Position numbers and translations under genes: made by a program
NCBI RefSeq assembly: GCF_000143415.4
Contig: NW_003314316.1
Location: forward strand, 62,001 to 126,000
DNA: 64,000 bases
Reading direction: 5' to 3'
Origin: Selaginella moellendorffii
Lineage: Eukaryota; Plantae; Lycopodiophyta
Shown here: piece by piece, positions 56,111 through 64,000 of the stretch
Position numbering within the stretch: the first letter of the stretch is position 1
How the letters are laid out: the number at the start of each line of letters is the position of its first letter
The notes under the pieces: generated by a model
Database searches by the model: none
What the model was told of the DNA's origin: nothing
The model's input: only the letters and a program-made list of their open reading frames with translations

Positions 56111-59100
56111 GAAAGAAAACGATACAAGTCAGCCACACTACCCGGGCAATCGAGATCACCACCTCCTACAGGATTTGAATTTCAAACGCGCATGTAGAGG
56201 AGCTTTGATTTCTTACACTCTGCCACAACTTACTACTCAGTGTTGCCAGAAAATCCACCCCATGTCTCTTCTTATGCATAGGAGCTGAGGCACCACTCTT
56301 TTATCATGTCATCCTTGTGCTCCTTCACCGTCTTGGCGCGGGGTGCTCGTTGCTTTCTCCAGGAGTTTTGCCGGGCATTTTTTCTCCAGTGCTACCACCC
56401 CAAGTAGCGTTGTTATCACAAACTTCTCCACTGCCCCAGCCATTTCCACCACCATCTTCACCGGTGTTCCAGCCTCCGCCACCATTGTTGCCAGTGTTCC
56501 AGCCTCCACCGTCGTTGCTGGGTAACTCCACCACCATTGTCGCCAATGACTCGCCCCTTAAGGTGCTCCGGCTGTTTGCAGCTTTCAGATCAAGTTTTGT
56601 TATTTGCGAGAATTTTACTACTGAGTCGCTATGATCTTATGTGGTTTGTTGTGGCCTCAAGAACATGTACTGCCAGACAAATCTTAGTACACATGGTAAT
56701 GTTTAATTGGACTGACTTAAACCTCCACTTACGGGTTGCCAAGTGTACTGCCTCAACGGGCTCGCCACGTGCACGTTAAGGCGGTTCACTGGCACGGGCT
56801 CGCCCTACCCGTGAACCAATCATCGTCAGCGTCACCATTTTCCCGGGATTTCTACCGATGCACCATCAACGAAGCTATTATCTGAAAAAAAAAGTCGTTA
56901 CAAACAGAGAAATCAGGATTTCTCCAGCTACATGGAATTTTGATGGACTTGCCTCAGGCCGTGACTTCTTTAAGCAATGCACGAAGAGCCTAGAGTAACT
57001 TTTTCCAATGCGTCCTTCTTGGAGGAGCACCTACAAGAACGCAAGGTTATAAGATGATTCTTCGGTCGAAGAGAAAAGACTGTTTGTTTTGGAACATCGA
57101 AGGAGATAACGAGACTTTCGTACCCACAGGAGCGATTTTCCGCGTGGTCTGAATTGTGAACGAAAAGAAATTCCTTGAAAATCATTTACAAGAGAAAGAA
57201 GAAGAGAAACATCACCTTTCGCTTATAGACCAGAATCTTCTGGATCCTCTATACATCTCCCTCAAACATCTCGGTCAGCTGCTCTACATTAGCTGAAGGA
57301 ATCCTATTGCAGCTCCGGATCGTGGGAAGGGTCGTGGTTTTCTCATCCAGCTTTTGTCTTCTCGCTGTTCGATCATCATTGACAGCAGCACTCGAATCGT
57401 CAACACCCCGGTCTTCCTATCTCTCTCTACGAACAGATCGTTAGGGCTCCGTTTTCCTTTGAGGATGCATAAGAAGGGAAGCGAGATGGATCGGACAGTG
57501 TGGGAGGAGCGTCGCCATGCCCCGGCATATCTAAAATGCGCGATCATATCAGGTCTTAGCGTTGCAGGGAGGCCGATCTTATCTTTGCGTGCATGAGCGC
57601 TACAAGATGCCCGGATGGTCGCCTTGAGCATATTCGCAAGGAGCTTGCGAGTGTGCTGTGATTTTTGCGTGAAGGAGCGCTACTAGATGCCAGATTTTGT
57701 CCTGCTTCTAGTCGGCAAGAAAGTTGTCGCCGTTGAGCTGCTCGCGGCTCGCTCGCGGATGGATATCTTTGAAGGCATCCCTCCCCGGTCTTTGAGGGCT
57801 ATAGTCTCGGATCGTCAAACTCTATAGGAGGGTAGTCACGCCACTTTGGATCCGCATTCTCACTCATCTATGCTACCCTCAAGAACTTCGAGGTCGCTGT
57901 TATCCTGCACTTCGTTGAGCATGCCCCGAATGGCTCACGCGCTTCGTATGAACGCCTGAAAGTGTAGATTGTGTTCCACGCCGCCTTTGTGACCGTGCCA
58001 TCAGGATGCCGCTCCCACTTGTAAAACGAGACTCGGTATCCCCGATTGAGCAACACGCCGTAGAGAACGTAGCTCTCTTGATCATCGCCGACCTGTTCAA
58101 GCTTCTCGTCTAGTGCAGCATACATGTTATACCATTTGGCGCACAGGAAGAGGATCCCGCCTGGCCGCCTGCCGTCGAATTCGCCACTGAAAAAAGAGCG
58201 ACTCGCAACGCGCAAGCAGCAAAAGGATTTACCTGTACGACATTAACACCCGGAAAGGAAGCCCGCGGGATCCTTCCATGGATCTGGGAGATGCCTGATG
58301 ATCCAGCTCTCATCCCCGATAACAATCCGTGGATGCGGCAAGAGCTCCTCAAGCGACAAGAGTGCCATCAACCTCAGTGTAGGATTTTAGGATTGCCAGT
58401 TTATTCTATACTGGTAAAGAATCCAGAAAAATTCCACAGCATGCTTGGTGAGCGGGTGATTGATTGACAATTGATTCACAATCCCAGTCGCAGTGATGGC
58501 CGATATGATCATCCTTGTCGTCTCTTGCAAATATGGCAACTGTCATTTAATAATTGCTAACAAGTTCTCTTCCATCCATGACAACATTTCAATGGAAGTT
58601 TAAACAAGTATGGTGAACATAAGTGTATGCAGAGAACATTCGATGATAAGATAGAAACGATTTTCTTGCTATTTTTTTCTTGTAAACCATGACAAGGATA
58701 AGAAAACTATACAGATATTGTGGGATGTGCTCAAGCTGTCTACCTCAAATGCCAATTTCAATTCTTGCTGAAAGTCTAGTTTCCCAGAAGACAAGTTTAC
58801 ATCTTCTTTGACTTTCACTACTTTGCTATAAATTATTAGTGATAAGTAAACCTTGATTACAAATATATTGGAGGAATGTACTCGATTATTAATCAAACCA
58901 ATGAAATATATCTTCATGAATAATCCAGGAATATACAATGGCCTTTCACCCTAAAAAAGGACTGCCTACAGTCAAATGATTTTCTTGACTTGGACATTGA
59001 GCACTTTTACCTGTTAAGAACACCACTGCCAGAATGAGAACATTGCATTCTTCCATATGTATATGGAGCTTGGGTGGATTGCATTGGCCTAGACGTCTTG

Positions 59101-60114
59101 GCTAGAACTATATCCCTGCAAGCATCACTCTTGACAATTCTAGCTATGTCTGATCTGACATGCCTTATACTTGCACGATCAACATGCTCTTGATCAAGCT
59201 CAAAACTCAAAAAAGAAGAAGAAAATGAAAGCTTGACATGAATTAGTTCACATTTGGTTTTCATGGAACTTAGAATTCCATGTGGAGGCCACCTTTTCTG
59301 GATGTGGCTAGACTTTTAGGCATCAGTGTGCTGCCGGCAGAACGGGTACTACTTTGTAATTGGATGCACCCCTATGCTCAGGTGCGACTTCCCAATCTCC
59401 AAGCTGCTGTCCTATGGTGTAAGCTAGGATGAGAGCACTCTCCACCAGTATTGGCTCTCATAGGACCGGGAAGTCACAGTGGCATTCTAATAGTGCTTCA
59501 AGTGGCACATCCAGTTGCGAAAACAAAGTTGTATCCAGTTTTGGTTTTTCGGGCTTGGATGTTCCAAGTTCCATGGGTACTCTCCAGCAATTGTGACTGG
59601 AAAATATAACTTGACGACCAGGACGAACACCAGCAAAGGCCTCTTATCTTTGGACACAAAGTAGTACCACTTGCTCTAAGAAATCTCCTAATCAGACACT
59701 GGGAGCAGGGAAGTAGAAACTATTTTTTGCTGTGCTCTTATCTCGGTGAGAACTTGGAGACGTTCAAATCCCCCACCGGAATTGAAAGAACAGCAAAGAG
59801 GAAGAGCTATGAAAAACTTCGCAATTTCCAAGTGATACTCGGCTTAACAAGAATGCACACTAGATCTAAAGAAAGGACAATAAGCGCTCACTTAGGAGCC
59901 GCGAATGGCCCGCATTTAAACGCTCGTTCTTTGGCTGTTTGATAACGAACATAAATGCCGAGATTTAATAAACGAGGATGAAAGGATTTGATTATAAGAG
60001 GAGAAAAAATTTGATCCATCATAGAGTACGAATTAAGATATCACCAGTAGCATACAAAACCATACTAGAAAACATCCCTTGCGAACCACTGATTGATCGA
60101 AGAACACTCGCTAC

Positions 60115-60703
60115 TCAGCACTTGACTTCCTTGAGCGCGTGCTTGAAGTAGATGAAGGTGGGATCCGACCTGCCTTCCTTGTAGTATGCCAAGACGTACG
60201 TGGCATCGTCCTTCATGCTCTCGCCGACGAAGCTACCAAAAACACCAGAGATCTCATCAGTTCCAATCGAGCTTGGAGCAGATCCTAGAGCAAACGAGAG
60301 AAGAGAGAACTTACAACTGGAAGTCATTGAGCTTGGAGAGGATCCACTTGACGGCGGCCTCCACATTCTTCTTGAACTCGGCCTTCTCCTCCTCGGGGAG
60401 GATCTCCGTGAGGTTCTTGATGAACTTCTTCATGCAGCCGAGGAACGTCTTCTTGTCGAAGGCTGGCTGCTCCTGGAGGCGAAAGGTGTCGACAATGTCC
60501 ACCACTTTCGCTGCCTGATCGTCCACGCCTTCGTCATCCTCGCCGCCCTCCTGCGATGGATTGGCGCCGATGTCCACGTCCACGCATCCCGTCACGACCC
60601 ATTTGCCCTCGACCTCCCACAGCACGCCATTCTGGATCTCCTTGTAGGGGAAGGAATCCGACAGGAGCTCGTCGCCAGACAGCAAATCCTGGTACACGAG
60701 CAT
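60115..60703 (-). CDS. TCTP: Translationally controlled tumour protein; exons 60703-60315 and 60232-60115
   Basis: [23 protein letters not shown]; DIGANPS; [14 protein letters not shown]; FQF/FVGESM; LKEVKC*. Confidence 0.97.
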
Positions 60704-61142
60704 GGCGATCGACCACGCGCGGCCTCGATCTAGATCTGCCGGAATTCGAGAGGCGAGAGAGCGCCTACTTACTTGCGCGCCTCCAAACCCTAGCTCGCCA
60801 CAAAGAGGGGCCGGCGCAAAGCCATATCCAGGGTTTCTAGAGGCATATTCCACCATCTCTAACGGAATATGCACGAAACAGAATGTGCTCATGGCCTTTA
60901 CGACAGAATGTTCTCCTTCGTTTAGGTTAAGAAGCCCATCGGATTGGAGGCTCTATCTCCATCAAGAGTGTTTTTTGCGCTGCGCTGCGCTCGCGGCCAG
61001 GTATTTTGTTTCGGCGATTGATGCCAGATCGATCCAGCGAGCAAGCTCCTTTTGCTGCCGCGAGGAGGTCCGGCTAGGGTTGAGAGGATTCTCGCTCTCC
61101 ATGGCGAGATTGTAGCTAGATTAGCGTAGGGCGGCGGCGATA

Positions 61143-62367
61143 ATGAAGCTCCGCCATGCTATGGTGTGTGCCTCCAATCAGAATCGGAGTATGGAAGCTC
61201 ACGCCCTCTTGCAAAGAGAAGGCTTAGATGTGAGCTCGTATGGAACAGGCAATCAAGTGAAGCTCCCGGGGCCAACGATTCGAGACCCCAATATCTACCA
61301 GTTTGGAACGCCGTATACTGCGATAATCGAAGATCTCAAGAACAAGGATCCCGACTTGTATGGTTTGCGATTTTTTCTTTTCTTCGTTTCTTCCTTTGCC
61401 TTTTTCTTCTTGCTCTTGTTCTTGGGCTTGGTTTTTGTGGTCCCCTTCTTTTTTCGTTGTTTCTCACGACCTTGTCGCTTCATTGGCCATTGCAGATACA
61501 AAAGGAACGGCTTGCTACCGATGCTCAAGCGTAACGCGAGTGTCAAAGACGCTCCCCAGCGCTGGCAAGACAACGCTGGCGATGGCGCCTTCGATGTGGT
61601 GCTGACTTTCGAGGAGAGAGTTTTCGACCTTGTCAACGAAGGTACATTTTCTTTTCTTACTCGGCTTGTTTGTTTCGCAATTCTTTTGCCCGTTCTTAGT
61701 TTTTTCATGTGTTCCTGGCAGATCTCCAAAACCGCGAGCAAACGCTCTTCAAGACGGTGCTGGTCGTGAACTTGGACGTCAAAGACAACCACGAAGAAGC
61801 AGCGGTTGGTGCCAAGCTCGCGCTGGATTTGTGCAAAAAGGTAAAATTCCTCTCCCTCGATCCCAATCTTGATCCTTCGCGATGCTTGCTAGAGATTTTC
61901 CGTGTGGTGTTTGTCCCGCTAACACTCCTTAGAAAGAAGATGACAAACGAAAGAGGATTTTTTTCTTTCATCTCCACTCCAAGCTCGATAGAATGAATCG
62001 ATCTGGAAGATCGCTCTTGGAAATCGATGTGGTTGACGGAGGCACGGGATATCACTAAACCCTATCAATGAAAGAATGAAAATCCATCCATTGCTATGTA
62101 CATAGCGAGTTCTTTAAACTTCTGGGGGAGTTTACACCACACTACTAAAGAAAGATCACGATGGTTTGTGTTCTTAGCTTATGTTCTTAACTTCCCTCGC
62201 GATTTCTCTATTCTTTTTTCACTTAGAAAGGTGGTTTTGATCGAATCTCTCGTGTTTTGCAGCTCGAGGAGAGCGAGAAGAACTGGGAGGACGAGATCGA
62301 CGATATCGTGCGGAGATTTGAGAAGCAACACAAGCGGAGATTGATCTACACCATATGTTTCTATTGA
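61143..62367 (+). CDS. SSU72: RNA polymerase II CTD phosphatase SSU72; exons 61143-61357, 61497-61641, 61723-61840, 62263-62367
   Basis: VCASNQNRSMEAH catalytic motif; SYGTG..VKLPGP; FDVVLTFEERVFD; VKDNHEEA; YTICFY*. Confidence 0.97.
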
Positions 62368-62570
62368 GACGATGAGAGAGAAAAGCTGGAAAAATGTGAT
62401 ACCAAGTTTGTTTGCCCTAGATTCTTTTTGGATATTCTATTTGAAACGTGGTTTAAAGTTTGTCTGCCCTAGATTCATGTGGAATGTTCTATGTGAAACG
62501 TTATGCCACATTTTTCGGTGTGTGTGAGCTAAGTAGGGTTTAGGGTGTGTGAAAGGAAGGGAAGAGCGCC

Positions 62571-64000
62571 ATGGATTTCATGCGCGGGGTCGATCAAGCG
62601 GCGGCTTTGTGCCGCGCATGCGTGGAGACGAATCGCGGCACGCGGATGCTCGTTATAGTGCCGTCCGGGACATCGGCGGAGGAGTTTAGAGGTATGAAGC
62701 TCGATCGATCGATCGATGATCGCCGGGTACTTGAGGGCTTTTTCTTCTTGCAGAGAGGGTGAGGGCTGTGCATTCTACCAATTTTCCGGAGCACGGAAAT
62801 GTAGGCATCAAGAACATCATGGTACGAAACCGCTGGAGAAAAAGCTCTGGGAAGTTTCTGAGATTTCTTGTGTGTTTTCCAGATCATGGTTGCGGGGTAT
62901 TGGTATGCTTTCACCCATGGCAACATTGGAACGGCTGCTCAAGGAACCGATGCGCGATTTAGAGTCGAGCTTTTCGAGGAACTGGAGGAAGTTGTGGATC
63001 CTTCTCCATCCGGGACTCCCGCGAGAAGGGAGCTTGCGGCCGGAGAGGATGTGCGTCAGCAGCCGGCCAGAGAGGAGAGTAGACTTGGCAGAGCCGTGAC
63101 TAGTTTGCGACGAACCCTCGAGGAGATGGAGGACATTCGTGGAACTGGTCCTGGAAGGGTGGTGAACAATGCTCAAGGGGTGAGGATCACTGCTCCTCCT
63201 GCGAACGAGGTTTTGGTTGGATCTGCCGCGGACGAAAGGAATGACGACGTCCAGATGGTGGATGGTTCTGAGCCCGAGTCTAGAGCAGTGGCGGAAACCG
63301 ATGTCGCCGAGAGTAGCGGACAGGAAACAAGGTCCGGCCCTTCTCTGCGATGTAACGACGTTCAGATGGTGGATAGTTCTGAGCCCCACTCTAGAGCAGT
63401 GGCGGAAATGGACATCCCTGAGAGTAACGGACAGGAGACAAGGTCCGCCTCTTCTCTGCGACGATCGTACGACATGCCTTCTGAAGATCCAGCCGATAAG
63501 TCGCAGAACGGTTGTCGAGGGGTTTCTCCTCCTCCAGTGAAACTCGCGACGAGCGACTGCAACGTGGTGGATGTTTCCGTGTCCGAGCCTGCGGCGGCGA
63601 CCGCACAGGAAACAGAAGTGGAAGCTATGAAGGAGATGGGAGAAAAAACTGTGGAGGGTGGTAACGATGAAAAGGAGTTTGAAACAGGGAGAGACGAGGT
63701 AGAAGGAGCTGGAAGGGAGGGACAGAAACTAGAATCGAGTATGGACGATTCGGAAGGGTCCGAAGAGGAGGAGGATGATGAACTAGAAGGCAGGAGAGAT
63801 GAGCGACAAGAAAACGAGGAAAAGCAAGTAGAGGCAGGACTGCACGAGAAGGAGCTAGAAACCGAGAAAGGCAGTTCTGAGAAAAATGTAGGAGAGATGG
63901 AGGCTCAGAAGGATGCGACAGCGTCATCAGTGCTTAATATTCTTCTCGGCTCCTCTGAGGGAACTGAAGATCGCTCGAACGCGAAAGCTAGTGGCGAGCC
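62571..64000 (+). CDS. Uncharacterised protein: N-terminal ubiquitin-like-fold domain plus long acidic low-complexity region; exons 62571-62691, 62754-62821, 62883->64000 (partial)
   Basis: Spliced VETNRGTRMLVIVP..FR/ERVRAVHSTNFPEHGNVGIKNIM/IMVAGYWY resembles the plant DTNL.TH.A...EH..CFP..G.I motif family; exon 3 appears stop-free to the window end. Confidence 0.65.
63243..63462 (+). repeat. 111-bp (37-aa) in-frame tandem duplication
   Basis: DVQMVD(G/S)SEP.SRAVAE.D..ES.GQETRS..SLR occurs twice, starting at 63243 and 63354. Confidence 0.9.

Noticed and set aside
56309-56634. Gly-rich (minus) or Pro-rich (plus) mini-ORF with a 30-bp repeat
   Set aside because: Short, strand ambiguous, and no complete gene structure.
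56730-56820. GC-rich hairpin GGTTCAC..GTGAACC as a Helitron 3' end
   Set aside because: No CTRR terminus at the expected distance and no matching 5' TC end identified.

Overview
Eukaryotic plant nuclear DNA, most likely the lycophyte Selaginella. This is inferred from 50-100 bp introns, dense intronless PLS-class PPR genes and the retroelement types; it is not verified. The window has two halves. (1) About 1-39 kb is a TE-rich accessory region. It holds a full-length but degenerate Tcn1/Tf1-sushi-type chromovirus (1127-6659, TSD GAATA) with a self-priming site and a GGGAAAC -1 frameshift site, a divergent pair of Crinkler-type PD-(D/E)XK nuclease genes, and a nested TE stack with three 5S-rRNA-bearing Cassandra-type TRIMs. 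It also holds a frameshifted SP5-YKY extensin and a birth-and-death cluster of DUF4419 genes: two intact copies with a conserved GC-AG intron, several pseudogenes, one copy split by an 11.1-kb non-chromovirus Gypsy element (TSD TGTTC), and a ~400-bp-arm inverted duplication that could yield a hairpin RNA against the family. (2) About 39-64 kb is very compact gene space: an NPH3/BTB gene, four tightly packed or overlapping PLS-E PPR genes, MPH1-like, a class III peroxidase, VPS22/SNF8, a LINE relic, TCTP and SSU72 head-to-head, and an uncharacterised gene running off the right end. All domain calls are by eye from recalled motifs; no searches were run.
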